From: an uncultured delta proteobacterium | Lineage (GTDB): Bacteria; Desulfobacterota; Binatia; JACPRU01 | Direction: 5' to 3' | DNA length: 64,000 bases | Assembly: GCA_963712515.1 (NCBI GenBank) | Contig: CAVQIG010000002.1 | Coordinates: 9,408 to 73,407 of the forward strand | Part shown: positions 19,928-31,319 of the stretch, one piece after another | How the letters are laid out: every line of letters starts with the position of its first letter | Position numbering within the stretch: position 1 is the first letter of the stretch | Program-made: the position numbers and the translations under genes | The notes under the pieces: generated by a model | The model's database searches: none | Seen by the model: only the letters and a program-made list of their open reading frames with translations | What the model was told of the DNA's origin: nothing

Positions 19928-20728
19928 TTGTCGACCGGGACTTTAGGGATGATGATGGGGAGAGCGGTGGCGGCGTTCCTCGCGCCGGCCTGCGTAACCT
20001 TCGCGGTGGTCGTGGCGGGCGACGGTCGCGCCGCCGAATGGCGGGCTGAGGTTCAGGTCGGCCTCTGCTCCGAGCCGGACAAGATAATCACGGCGTTGGG
20101 TCTCGAGCCGGCGGCCGCGCCGCGGACCGAAGTGTGGTACTTCGACGACTCGAGCCTCGGCCTCTTCGCGCGTGGGCTGGTGTTCCGCCTGCGTACCCAC
20201 GACGGCCATTCGGAGCTGACGCTGAAGGCGGCTGATCAGGACTGCGCCCAGGTCCCTCCCGCGTTGATGCCGCGCCACGAGGGCAAGTGTGAGTACGACC
20301 TGCACGGGACGGACCTGAAGGGCGCGGTCTCCCTCGACACGGCGCTCGACGAGCGCACGAGTAAGGAGCTGGTCGCCGGGCGACTGCCGCTGTCGCAGGT
20401 GCTAAGTCCGGCGCAGGTCCGTTATCTGCAGGAAGTGGCGCATGGATGGCCGCTCGCGAGCGGGCTCGAGCGGCTCGGACCGGTCCACGTCGATTCGTAC
20501 CGGAACCGGAGCCGATCTCTCGTGGTCGAAGTATGGCATCTACCTTCGGGGCGGCGGTTCATCGAGATCTCTCAAAGGGGGAGCGTCGAGGACGCTCGGC
20601 AAACTCGCTCCGAGCTCGAGCGCACGCTGGCGAAGGTGGGCGTTCAGGTCTGTGCCGATCAGTCGTCGCAAGCACGAGCGAAGCTTCAAGACCTGCTTGC
20701 AAAACGGGCACGTAACGGCCGCGAGTGA
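19928..20728 (+). CDS. secreted hypothetical protein, possible CYTH-like (triphosphate tunnel) fold
   Basis: Signal peptide; EVQVGL...TEVWYFDDSSLGLFARGLVFRLRTHDGHSELTLK loosely matches the CYTH E-x-E-x-K / YFDTpD...LRxR pattern; weak. Confidence 0.35.
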   Translation: MSTGTLGMMMGRAVAAFLAPACVTFAVVVAGDGRAAEWRAEVQVGLCSEPDKIITALGLEPAAAPRTEVWYFDDSSLGLFARGLVFRLRTHDGHSELTLKAADQDCAQVPPALMPRHEGKCEYDLHGTDLKGAVSLDTALDERTSKELVAGRLPLSQVLSPAQVRYLQEVAHGWPLASGLERLGPVHVDSYRNRSRSLVVEVWHLPSGRRFIEISQRGSVEDARQTRSELERTLAKVGVQVCADQSSQARAKLQDLLAKRARNGRE

Positions 20729-20809
20729 GGGCGTCGATCTGGCTCGGTGGGCCGGCAAGAGGTTGACGCCTCGTGCGCCGAGCGTCAATCTCGACGCGTG
20801 ACGAGACGG

Positions 20810-22602
20810 AGGCTCGCAGTCGTTCTCAGCGCGGACGCCGTCGGCTACTCGCGCTTGATGACCGAGGACGACGCGGGGACGATCGCCGCGCTCGGCGAGG
20901 CGCGCGCTCAATTCCGTGAGCACATCGCGCGTCGGAGAAGGACGCGTGGTCGATACCGCGGGCGACAGCATTCTCGCCGTGTTCGGCAGTGTCGTCGACA
21001 GCGCTCCGCGCGGCGATCGAGATCCAGGCCGACCTCGGGCGGCGCAGCGAAGGCGTGGCCGAAGGCCGCCGCATGCGCTTCCGAATCGGCCTGAACGCGG
21101 GTGAGATCGTCGAGCAGGACGACGGAAGCGTCTACGGCGACGGTGTGAACGTGGCGGCGCGTCTCCAAGCGCTCGCCGATCCCGGAGGCATTTGCGTCTC
21201 CGAAGTCGTCGCCGCCGAGGCGCGAAACAAGCTGCCCGTGCGCTTCCAGTCGCTGGGCGAGCAGCGGGTCAAGAACATCGCCGGAGCCGGTGCGCGCGCA
21301 CCGCGTGACTTCCGCGGAGGCGGAGCCAGCGGTGTGGGTCGAGTGGCGAAGCGGCGTTGCCGCTGCCCGCCAAGCCGTCGATCGCCATCCTGCCGTTCAC
21401 GAACATGAGCGGCGACCCGGAGCAGGAGTACTTCTCGGACGGCATCACCGAAGATCTCATCACCGCGCTCTCGCGCGTCCGCTGGCTGTTCGTGATCGCT
21501 CGCAATTCGACCTTCACCTACAAGGGAAAGACGATCGACGTGAAGCAGGTCGGCCGCGAGCTCGGCGTCCGCTACGTGCTCGAGGGAAGCGTGCGCAAAG
21601 GCGGCAGCCGGGTGCGCATCACCGCGCAGCTGATCGATGCGACGACCGGCTCCCACGTCTGGGCGGAGCGGTTCGACCGGGAGCTCGCCGACATCTTCAC
21701 AGTGCAGGACGAGATCACCGAGCGGATCGCAGCGACCATCGAGCCCGAGCTCGCACGCGCCGAGCTCGAGCGAGCTCGGCGCAAGCCCCCCGAGAGCCTC
21801 GACGCTTGGGATTTGTATCAGCGCGGGCTTTGGCACGTCTGGCAATTCAACGCCGAGGACAACACGGCGGCACGCGAGCTCTTCGAGCGAGCGACGGCCT
21901 CTGGATTCGGGCTTCTCTCCGTTCTTCGCGGCGCTGGCCCTTTGCCGGCTGCTCGATCACACACTCAGGTATCGCCCGATGTCGGAGCGCAGCATCGACG
22001 CCGCGCTCGAAATCGCGCGCCGGGCCGTCGCGCTCGACGACAAAGACGCAATCGCCCACGCCGTCCTCGGCCGCGCCTACGGCGCGCTCGGCGACCATGA
22101 CGCGCGCGATCGCCGAGCTTCGTGAGGCCGTGCGGTTGAATCCAAACTTGGCCCTGGCGCACTACGGTCTCGGCATGACGCTCGTGCTGTCCGGCAAGCC
22201 TGCGGAAGCGATTGCCGGAGCTCGACGCCGCTCAGCGGCTCAGTCCGCACGACCCCTATCTCTGGAGCTTCGCCATGTTTCGCGCCTGGGCGCATCTCGT
22301 CGCTCGGAGACTTCGAGCGCGCGATCGAGGACGCGAGGCTTTCGGTGCGGCAGCCGAGAGCGCCGTTTCCCGGCCTGGGGCACGCTCGCGTCCGCTCTCG
22401 GACAGCGTCCGGCCGCATCGAGGAGGCCAAGGCCGCTCTAGCCAAGGCGCTCGAGCTCGAGCCTCGGTTCCTGACGCCAGGATTCATCGATGAGATCTGG
22501 CCGAACCTGGATTCGGTGTTCTTCGACCACTACTACGAGGGCCTTCGCAAAGCGGCTTCAGCGGCGCCAGATCCGGATACGCTTACTCGGGGGCGGAAGT
22601 AG
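20810..22602 (+). pseudogene. adenylate/guanylate cyclase (CHD) + TPR protein, fragmented across at least 6 reading frames
   Basis: RLAVVLSADAVGYSRLM, RVVDTAGDSILAVFG, RIGLNAGEIV...GDGVNVAARLQALADPGGICVSE (cyclase motifs); SIAILPFTNMSGDPEQEYFSDGITEDLI... and TPR repeats follow in further frames. Confidence 0.65.
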
Positions 22603-22924
22603 AGGGAACCCACGGCGAGTTCGCATAACGCGAATGCTCGAGGTGAATCCAGAACTCGGCGAGCTGAGCGTCTATGCGGCGCCGACGGCCAGAAGGAGGC
22701 GCACCGCGGTGGAGACACGGGGGTCGACGCTGGCGACCTGAACGGTCCCGGCCGTGGAAACCGGCGACACCCGGCCCTCCAGGCCGCACACCGAACGACA
22801 ACCGCCGCGCCAAGGTGATACTCAGCAATCGCTTGCGCGAACGTGCGCCAAAGGCCCTTTCGCATCGCTTCAGGCCCTAAACGGGCCGGGCCGGGACCGG
22901 CTCGTCGCCCATGCTGCGATCTAT

Positions 22925-23808
22925 TCAAGCCGATCGTCCCCGCTCGGCCACGCAGGGGCGGCGCGCCGGCTTCTCTGCCACGCACGCGGTCAGATAGCCG
23001 TGGCGACGCAGGGACGGGACGCGCCGGTAAAGCCAGGAGAACGGCTGCACCAGCGCGCCGCTCCAGGCCGACAGCGCCGGCAGCCGCGTGTGGCAAAGCA
23101 GGTCGAGCATGCGCAGCCAGCCGGGCATGAACAGTACGCCGGTCCGCGCGTGGACACGGAATCCGTTCGCCTCGAGCAGCCGCTGCAGCGCTGCCGGGGT
23201 GAAGGAGCGCTCGACCCCGTAGGCGTAGAGGTTGAGGCGTTGCAGCACCCAGACGAGGGCCGGGCGCAGAAAGGGATCGAGGCGGTTGGGGACGCCGATG
23301 ATGGCGCGTCCGCCCGGGCGCAGGACGCGCAGCATCTCGCGCACCGCGACCTCGTAGTCCGGAAAGTGCTCGATGGTGCCCATCGAGTAGACGAGGTCGA
23401 ACGCGCCGTCGTCGAACGGCAGCGCGCGCACGTCCGACACCACGCAGCGCGGTTGGTGCGCGGCCAGGGCCTGCCGCCCGTCGCGCACCACGTCGAGCGA
23501 GAGGTCGATGCCCACCGGTCGTGCGCCCTGCGCCGCCGCCCACGTGAGGATGTCGGTGTTCTTCGCTTCGTTCCAGAGATCGGTCTTGAGCAGCACGCGC
23601 CCGCGCAGATCGGGAAAGAAGGCGTTGTAGAGCGTGCGCTCGCAATCGAAGTAGTAGCGCGTCGAGGCGGCGCCCTTGAGGACCGGAAAGGTCGCCCCGA
23701 CGCCGCTCCAGAAGTCGCGGTAGCGCGCCCGCCGGTGACGCGCGAAGTCCTCCAGCTCAGCGGTCGACTCCGGTGGGGGGCCGCTCGGGTCAGCGTTCGA
23801 CATAGAAC
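22925..23808 (-). CDS. class I SAM-dependent methyltransferase
   Basis: VLLKTDLWNEAKN...GIDLSLDVV...FDLVYSMGTIEHFPD...LRVLRPGGRAIIGVP Rossmann MTase motifs; start at MSNADPSG. Confidence 0.7.
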
Positions 23809-24464
23809 TCCGTCGACCCGGCGAGCCGCACTGCGCCGCTGGCGTCGTAGCGCCGCAGCGGCCCCAGGTTCCAGAAGCCGATGGTACCGGCACGCTTTCG
23901 GCGGGCAGCGCGCTCCGCCACATCCAGCGCCGGCGTGTTCCACCAGGCGGCGAGGGAGATCGAGCGCGTGTAACCGCGCCTGCGCGCCAACTGCAGCGCG
24001 CGCAGATGGCCGGCGGCGTGCAGACCGCGGCGGCGGAAGGCGGGATGGGTGAAGGCGTGCGCCGAGTGGGAGTCGCCGTCGAGCAGGCGCAGCGTCCGGC
24101 CGAGGAAGGGTAGGTATGGGGAGGCGGTCGCATCCCAGCGCACATAGGCGAGCGCATCGCCGAGCCAGCCGAGGGTGCACTCGCGTCCTTCGTCGTGCCA
24201 GCGATCGACCGTCGCTTCCGACAGTGCGGGATCGATGGTACGAACCCGCGTCAGATCGGCCTCCGCCAGCGTCGTCCAGCGCACGTCTGAGGAGACTGGC
24301 GGCTCCGGCAGCGCCCCGCGCAGATCGCATACCAGCACGATGAAGTCTCTCCGGATCATCCACCACGGCACCGCCCACGACGCCCGCCGTACACCGACCG
24401 TCCGACCCATGTCGACCAGGCGGAACGACCGTGCGCGCACACCGTTCGCGTCTACCCCGAGCAA
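23790..24464 (-). CDS. hypothetical protein, possibly GNAT-like acyltransferase
   Basis: HPAFRRRGLHAAGHLRALQLARRRGYTRSISLAAW resembles GNAT motif A; overlaps MTase start by ~18 bp (operon). Confidence 0.35.
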   Translation of the reverse strand: MLGVDANGVRARSFRLVDMGRTVGVRRASWAVPWWMIRRDFIVLVCDLRGALPEPPVSSDVRWTTLAEADLTRVRTIDPALSEATVDRWHDEGRECTLGWLGDALAYVRWDATASPYLPFLGRTLRLLDGDSHSAHAFTHPAFRRRGLHAAGHLRALQLARRRGYTRSISLAAWWNTPALDVAERAARRKRAGTIGFWNLGPLRRYDASGAVRLAGSTEFYVER

Positions 24465-24482
24465 CGCGAGCGCTCCGCTACC

Positions 24483-25913
24483 ATGACTGACGCACCATTA
24501 CCAGGAACGCCCGCGCCACGGTGTCGCGATCGCCTGTCGACGTCCCCTGCTACCGCGCGGCTGGCGATATCGCTGTACGAGCGGTTGAGCGGGCGGCGCC
24601 CGTGGAGCGAGGCGGCGCGGCTGGGCGAGCTGCAGTGGCAGCCGGCCGAGGTGGTCGAGACCTTTTCCATGCAGCGCCTGCAGCCACTGGTGGCGCACGC
24701 CGCGGTTCACGTGCCACACTACCGGGATCTGTTTCGCGCTGCCGGGCTCGGACCGAGCGACGTGCGTCGGCCCGCCGACCTGGCGCGGCTGCCGATCAGC
24801 AGCAAGGCGGCTCTGCGCGACGCCTTTCCCGCCGGCGTCGCGGCCGACAACCTGCCGGCGTCGCGGCGCGTCGCGCGGCTCACCGGCGGTTCGACCGGAG
24901 CGCCTTTCGCCTTCTTCGCCGATCGCGCAACGCCCGACCTGCGCCTTGCCACGTACCTGCTGTTCCGCCAATGGGCCGGCGTCGACGCGCGCGACGCGCG
25001 GCTGCACGTCGCCAGCGCGGTGCACTTTCAGAGCCGCCCGTCGGCGCTGGAGCGCCAGCTGCGCCGCCTGCTGCTAGGTGAGCGGCTGGTCGAGGTGCTG
25101 GGGACGCACCTGACCCTGGACGGCTTGCGCGAACGGGTCGCGCGACTGGCGCGCCACGGCCGCTATTTCCTCTGGACCTATCCATCATATGCCGCGCGCC
25201 TGGCGGCGCAGCTCCTCGATACCGGCGCGGCGCTGGCGTCACGGCCAGCGGCGATCGTCTGCTACGCCGAGACGCTGACCGCGCCGGACGCGGCGCGCAT
25301 TGCCGACGCCTTCGGATGCGTCGTGAGCAATCTCTACTCCTCTATGGAAATCCCCCTGCTCGCCTTCACCTGTCCGGATCAGCGCGACGTGATGCACATC
25401 AACACGCAGCGCGCGTTGGTGCGGGTCGTGCGCGCCGACGGGGGCGACGCAGCGCCCGGCGAGCGCGGTCGCGTGCTGCTCACCGACCTGTCGAACTACG
25501 TCATGCCGTTCATCAACTACGACATCGGCGACGACGCGGTCGCCGGCCCGCCCTGTCCCTGCGGGCGCGGCTTTCCCACACTGGCAGCGGTCGACGGACG
25601 CAGCGCGGAGACGATCCGCACGGCAGACGGGCGCGTCGTCTCGGCGACGGCGTTGAACGAGTTCCTCCTCGTCACGTGCGCCGCGGCGCCGCTGCTGCGC
25701 GAATATCAGGTCGAGCAGACGGCGGTCGACGCGGTGGTGGTGCGTATCGTCCGGTCGCCGGCGTTCACGCCAGGTACCGGCAGAGCCCTCGAAGCGCGCC
25801 TGTCGGAGCTCTTCGGACCCGCCACACGCGTGCGCCTCGAGGTCGTGCCCGAGATCGCCGTCGAGCCGTCCGGCAAACGACTGATCATCAAACCGAACGC
25901 GTCAGCCGTCTAG
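24483..25913 (+). CDS. PaaK/CapK/F390-synthetase-like adenylate-forming ligase
   Basis: RLTGGSTGAPFAFF (AMP-binding SSGTTG-like), overall architecture of phenylacetate-CoA ligase family; 476 aa intact; divergent from the GNAT-MTase pair. Confidence 0.65.
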   Translation: MTDAPLPGTPAPRCRDRLSTSPATARLAISLYERLSGRRPWSEAARLGELQWQPAEVVETFSMQRLQPLVAHAAVHVPHYRDLFRAAGLGPSDVRRPADLARLPISSKAALRDAFPAGVAADNLPASRRVARLTGGSTGAPFAFFADRATPDLRLATYLLFRQWAGVDARDARLHVASAVHFQSRPSALERQLRRLLLGERLVEVLGTHLTLDGLRERVARLARHGRYFLWTYPSYAARLAAQLLDTGAALASRPAAIVCYAETLTAPDAARIADAFGCVVSNLYSSMEIPLLAFTCPDQRDVMHINTQRALVRVVRADGGDAAPGERGRVLLTDLSNYVMPFINYDIGDDAVAGPPCPCGRGFPTLAAVDGRSAETIRTADGRVVSATALNEFLLVTCAAAPLLREYQVEQTAVDAVVVRIVRSPAFTPGTGRALEARLSELFGPATRVRLEVVPEIAVEPSGKRLIIKPNASAV

Positions 25914-26076
25914 GAGTGTGCGCCACGGATCGGTTGCGAGCGAAAATCACCAGCCGCCGCGAGCGCAAGGAGTCGACCCCGACCGCGTATCTCTGCGATA
26001 CGCCGAGGGGTCGGCGACGAAGTCGATCGCGGATGGATGGCGATTTGCAGCCGCAAGCTATGCGTGGCGCACACTC

Positions 26077-26541
26077 CTAGCTCGCCATGGACGGCTTGGC
26101 GGCGTCCGGGCTCTTCCGCGTGCTCTTCTTGCAGCGACAGGTGCCTGCCTCGTGCAGCTCGATCAGATTGCCGTGCGGATCGTCCATGAAGATCTGCTCG
26201 AGCTGGGGACCGACCACGGAATGGATGCTCCAGTACTTGACGCCCATGCGGTCGAGCTCGCGCTTGGCCTCCTGGACATCCGGCACGGCCAGCGCCACGT
26301 GCAGCGTGGTCGGGTCCTGCTTCGGTCCCTTCGCATAGCGCGAGACGCCCGCGCAGCCCATGAGGTGAATCTGTGTGTCGTTGCCGCAGTCCATCCAGTA
26401 GCCGGGTATGCCCGGGATGTTCGGGCGCCCGGGATCAGGCGCGAGCCCGAGCACGTCGCGATAGAAGGCCAGCGACTTCTCGGTCTCTTCGGGATTGACG
26501 CGGATGCCGTGATGGTGAAGCTCGAGTACCTTGACCGCCAT
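26077..26541 (-). CDS. VOC/glyoxalase-family protein
   Basis: HHHGIRVNPEETEKSLAFYRDVLGL...GPKQDPTTLHVALAVPDVQEAKRELDRMGV paired beta-alpha-beta-beta-beta modules. Confidence 0.65.
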   Translation of the reverse strand: MAVKVLELHHHGIRVNPEETEKSLAFYRDVLGLAPDPGRPNIPGIPGYWMDCGNDTQIHLMGCAGVSRYAKGPKQDPTTLHVALAVPDVQEAKRELDRMGVKYWSIHSVVGPQLEQIFMDDPHGNLIELHEAGTCRCKKSTRKSPDAAKPSMAS

Positions 26542-26779
26542 GATGTCCCCCTTGGTTACTTACGGTTTCACCCCGGCGCAGGCGCCGCCCGGGAGCTTGT
26601 CCACCAGCGTGCCCCAGATGCCTTTGGGCAGGAAGAGCACGAAGGCCATGAAGATGAGCCCGCTCACGAGCGGCCAAGCGCTCGGTGAAGACGGCCAGCC
26701 GTCCCCGAGTACCAGATATGTGCCGGCGCCGACGAAGGGGCGTCGACGCTCGACTCGACGGGCGAGTAGAACGACCGCT

Positions 26780-28323
26780 TCATCTTCGAGGACGAGGTGC
26801 CGGGGCCGTCATCAGGTCCTTGAGTTCCTGGCGCAGGTTCTTGCGATCGATTTTGTTGTTCGGAGTGCGCGGCAGGACATCGGCAAACACCCAGCGCGCC
26901 GGCAGCTTGAACTTGGTCACCTGCGCGGCGGCGTGCTGCCGGAGTTCGTCCTCTGTGGCCGACTGGCCGGGCTTGAACGCGACCACCGCGACGATGTTTT
27001 CGCCGTAAACCGGATCGGGTACGCCGACGACGACGTTTTCGGCGACGGCTGGGTGCGTGTATAGCGCGTCCTCAATCTCGCGCGGCGAGATGTTCTCTCC
27101 GCCCTTGATGATGAGGTCCTTGATGCGATCGGTGAGGTAGAGGTAGCCGTCAGCGTCGAAGTAGCCGACGTCGCCCGAGTGCAGCCAGCCGCCGCGCAGC
27201 GTCTCGCGCGTGGCCTCGGGGTTTTTCCAATAGCCCTGCATCACGTTCGGCCCGCGGATGCAGATTTCGCCGGCTTCGCCCGTGGGCAGTTCGCGCGCCT
27301 CGGCGTCCTGGATGGTGATTTCGACACCGGGGATCGGCCGGCCGATCGAGCCGGGCCGGGTGGTTTCGTGGAAGAAATACGCGGAGGCCGTCGGCGAACA
27401 TTCGGAGAGGCCGTAGCCGTCGAGCACTTTGCAGTTGTAGAGCCGCTCGAATTGCACGCGCACCTCGTTCGAGAGGATGGCCCCGCCGCTGTTGACGCTT
27501 TCGAGGCACGAGGTGTCGTATTTCCCGCGATCCGCGAAGTTGATGAGGTGCACCAGCATGGTCGGCACGGCGGGAAACCGCGTCACGCGCCGCGTGTGAA
27601 TCGTCTCGAGTACTTGCCGGGGGTCGAAGCGCGGGAGGATCGTGGCCGTGCAGCCGGTGAGGTAACAGACGTTCATCATCAGCACGCCGAAGGAATGCGA
27701 CAGCGGCAGCATGAGCACGGTCTGCGAGCGTTCTTTGAGCCGCCCCATCGAGGCGACCGCGCGATGGTTCACGAGGATGCTCTTGTGCGAGAGCATCACG
27801 CCCTTGGGGTGGCCGGTGGTGCCCGAGGTGTAAAGGAGGAAGGCGAGCTCGTCCTCGCGCAGTCGGCCATGCCGGCGTAGGGAGGCGCCACGGCGACGTC
27901 GGGCGTGAGGTCGCGGGCGCCGGGCGTGTCGGTCGCACCGATGACGAGCACCTGCGCGCATCTCGGCGCGGACTGGCGCGCTTCTATCATGCGCGCGGCG
28001 AGATCCGGCGAGGTAACCACGAGCTTGGCGTCGGAGTGATCGAGCACGTGGCCGATTTCTCGGGCCCCCCACTGCGGCGTCACGGGGACGATGACTGCGC
28101 CCAGCTTCCATACTGCCTGAAACGCGGCGAGTCCTTCGGGGCAGTTCGGCATGATGACCGGCACGCGGTCGCCGCGCTGGACACCGGCCTCGCGCAGCAC
28201 CATGGCCAGGCGCGCGCCGTAGTCTGCGTGCTCCCGGCTCGACCACAGCCGTTCGCCGAAGCAAAAGGCGGGATAGTCGCCGTATTTTTCGAGGCCCTCG
28301 CGGGCCAGTTCCGCGGCATTCAT
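26780..28323 (-). CDS. AMP-forming acyl-CoA synthetase/ligase, one apparent frameshift (~27870)
   Basis: LLYTSGTTGHPKGVMLSH, ...GYGLSE..., ...GEICIRGPNVMQGYW..., C-terminal PRTPNNKIDRKNL; N-terminal 175 aa in separate ORF 27796..28323. Confidence 0.75.
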
Positions 28324-28470
28324 GCGCGTTTGAACACTTTTCTACGTCTCGCCGCGCGACTCAGCCGGTCCTCAGGGCGGGGTAGATGGCCGCTCTCTCT
28401 CTTCGCGCGTGCGATTGCAAAGCGGAGCCTCACTCCGGAACCTCCGCCGAGCAGCCACGATGCTACCTGT

Positions 28471-29625
28471 TCAAGCCGGAGCGAAGATGCGCTCGCCGCC
28501 CGCTCCGGAATCGGCCGGCGCCCCGGGGGACCTTCCCCCCGTCGGCTGCGCGAACGCGGGATCGCGCTGGAGGACGGGCATGACGCGCTCCGCGAAGAGT
28601 CGCATGTTGAGTTCGGCCTCCTCCTGCGGCATGTCGCCGAACGCCAACTCGGTCACCAGGTGGTCCAGCCCGGTCAAGCGCTGTAGCTCGGCGAGCTGCT
28701 GTAAGCAGTCGTCGGGCGTCCCGGAAACCTGGATCTTCACGTAGAACTCGGTCGCCTTCTGGCGGTAGCCCTCTTCCTTCATCTTCGAGTAGGTCTTCGC
28801 CATCTTGCCGTAGAACTCGTAGCCCTTCACCGAAGCCAGGTGCCCGTCCGAGAAGTGATAGTGACTGTCGATCGAATCCCACTTGCGGCCGAGGTACTTC
28901 ACCGCCCGCTCGTGGGCATCGTTACGGCTCTCGGCGACCGAGACGTTCATGAGGATGATCGGCGGGCGCGGCGTGTGCCCCACGCTCGAGGCGATCTGGC
29001 GATACCGATCGATGTCCTCGGCGGCCTTGGGCCACTCGTTCTGCATGACAACGAGCACGCCGAAGCCGAGCTTCGCCATGATCTCGGCGGACTCCGGACT
29101 CACGGAGGAGGCGTAGAACCGCCGCTCCGGATGCGAGATCGGACGCGGCCGGATCGAGGTCGTCGGGATCGTGTAGTACTCACCCTCCCAGTCGAAGACC
29201 TCGTGCGTGAGCGCCTTCATGACGATCTGCGCCGCCTCCACGAAGCGCGGCCGCGCCTCTTCCATCGACACGCGGAAGCCCGCGTACTCGACGCTCGCAG
29301 CGCCGCGTCCGAACCCGAACAGACACCGGCCGCCGGTCAGGATGTCGAGTAGCGCGATCTCCTCGGCGACGCGCACCGGATCGTGCCAGGGAAGTACGAT
29401 GACGGCAGTGCCGAGCGTGATCCGTCGGGTGCGCCCCGCGAAGTAGCTGAGCAGCTGGGTCGGCGACGGCGACATGGCGTAGCCGGTGAAGTGGTGTTCC
29501 AGCGCGAAGAGCGAATCGAAGCCGAGCGGCTCGGCCAGATCGCCCAGCGCCAGATGCTCCCCGAGCACGCTGGCATCGGACCGACCTTCCTTCGTCAGCA
29601 TGTTGAGCGCGACGCCGACCTTCAC
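28471..29625 (-). CDS. luciferase-like monooxygenase (LLM) class flavin/F420-dependent oxidoreductase
   Basis: TIM-barrel LLM pattern; probable GTG start (VKVGVALNMLT). Confidence 0.65.
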   Translation of the reverse strand: MKVGVALNMLTKEGRSDASVLGEHLALGDLAEPLGFDSLFALEHHFTGYAMSPSPTQLLSYFAGRTRRITLGTAVIVLPWHDPVRVAEEIALLDILTGGRCLFGFGRGAASVEYAGFRVSMEEARPRFVEAAQIVMKALTHEVFDWEGEYYTIPTTSIRPRPISHPERRFYASSVSPESAEIMAKLGFGVLVVMQNEWPKAAEDIDRYRQIASSVGHTPRPPIILMNVSVAESRNDAHERAVKYLGRKWDSIDSHYHFSDGHLASVKGYEFYGKMAKTYSKMKEEGYRQKATEFYVKIQVSGTPDDCLQQLAELQRLTGLDHLVTELAFGDMPQEEAELNMRLFAERVMPVLQRDPAFAQPTGGRSPGAPADSGAGGERIFAPA

Positions 29626-29888
29626 GATGGGCCTCCTTGCCTGTAGACACGATCCACGCCGATCTGACCACTGCGGCCCTGGAGCGTCAAGCCGCATGAA
29701 CGCCTTGAGATCCTTGAAGGGTATCCACGCGCCGGCTGAGCAGCGCCTTCATGCGTGCGGATACCCCAAGAGGCAGATGACCCTTGAAGACCAGGCCCTC
29801 GAGCACGAGAGCGTCGCGGTCGTCGTTTCGGCTCACCGCTGCGAGTGGTCATGTGACCTCCAGCGCGGCGGGCCGCTCGACGGGCGCC

Positions 29889-30263
29889 CTACTTCGGGGT
29901 GTCGGTGCGCGCTCCATGCCCGCCCGCAGCGGCCAGAGCGTCGGTCTTCGCGGCCATGATGAAGTCGTTCCGGTGAAGCCCGCGTATCTTGTGGGTCCAC
30001 CACGTCACCGTCACCCGCCCCCACTCGGTGAGCAGCGCAGGATGGTGACCCTCCTCCTCGGCGAGGGCCCCAACCTGGTTGGTGAAGGCCAGTGCGTCGG
30101 CGAAGCTCGGGAAGGGAAACAGCCGCTGGAGCCGGGCGATGCCGTCGCGCTCCACCAGTTCCCAGTCGGGGATCTCGCGGCGGAGTTCCGCGATCTCCGC
30201 CTCGGTTACCCGCGGCGAGTCGCGCCGGCAGGCGACACATCGTTCGGCGGATATTGTCTTCAT
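29889..30263 (-). CDS. phhB: 4a-hydroxytetrahydrobiopterin dehydratase (pterin-4a-carbinolamine dehydratase)
   Basis: [39 protein letters not shown] is the PCD/DCoH signature. Confidence 0.8.
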   Translation of the reverse strand: MKTISAERCVACRRDSPRVTEAEIAELRREIPDWELVERDGIARLQRLFPFPSFADALAFTNQVGALAEEEGHHPALLTEWGRVTVTWWTHKIRGLHRNDFIMAAKTDALAAAGGHGARTDTPK

Positions 30264-30760
30264 CGTGCGCGCCTTCTCAAGCCCCCTCTAGGAAGGGAGT
30301 ACGAGCGCAGCTTACCCTTCACGGCGGAGCAAAGGAATCACAAGGAGCCGAGCTGAACGCGGCTCCTACAGCTTCCCGCCTGAGCGCCGTGAACGCTCTG
30401 CCGTGATCCCAGAGCTTCCTTCCCTCGGGGAGTTTCAGCGGGCGACGGCGAGCGTCCCGGAGCTGTTCGATTTCCGGAACGATTGCCCGGACACGGAGCA
30501 CGGCGACCCGTTTTGTGCTTCCCGTCAGGCGCCTGGCGCCGCCGGCCGCGCTTTCTTACGACGGGCGCTACGCGGAGGGACGTCTGCCTATTTGCCGACC
30601 GCGGTCGGTCCGGTTCGCTCTCGCTTGACGGGCGCCTCATGCGCCCCCTAAGAACGGGGCATCCCTAAAAGCATGTCGTAAGGAGGAAGGGAGAGTCTCC
30701 AGCGTCCGATGTCGTTATGTAGATTTCCTTATCCCCGGAGATAGCGTCACCCCCGCGCCA

Positions 30761-31319
30761 TGTGGATCTATGTCGCCATCGCCGTGTTCGGCGTCATTCT
30801 CCTGCTCTCCATGCTCCTCGTCGGGGATCTCTTCGGGGGGGACCACGAGCTGCGAGCCATGAACTGGTCGCCGGCCATGACGTCGATCATGGCGGCGGGC
30901 CCAGCATCTTCAGCACGCGCATCATGGCGTCGTTCCTGACGGCGTTCGGCGTGGGCGGGGTCGTCGGACGCTATTACGGCTTGTCGCACGCGGTGTCGTC
31001 CGCCGTCGGCGTCATCTTCGGCCTCGTGATGTCGCGCGCCGTTTACCAGTTCGCGAAGGTACTCTATTCGCAGCAGGCGTCGAGCGAGCTGCGCATGAGC
31101 GGCCTGGTCGGCACGACCGCCGAGGTGTCGGTTGCCATCCCGGCGAATGGGGTCGGCCAGATCGTCGTGGCCGCCGGGGGCGAGCGCACCGAGCACATCG
31201 CACGCGCCGCCGATCGGAAGCCGATTTCGCGCGGCGCGTCCGTCGTGATTACCGCCATCGGGGGTGATTCGGTCACCGTGGCGCCGGCAGGTTCGCAGGC
31301 CGGTGGAGGTTCCAGATGA
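30761..31319 (+). CDS. NfeD-family membrane protein (OB-fold C-terminus), frameshift inside a G7 homopolymer at ~30835-30841
   Basis: MWIYVAIAVFGVILLLSMLLVGDLFGG in frame 1, continuing in ORF 30762..31319 frame; C-terminal OB-fold GQIVVAAGGERTEHIARAADRKPISRGASVVITAIGGDSVTV. Confidence 0.6.
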
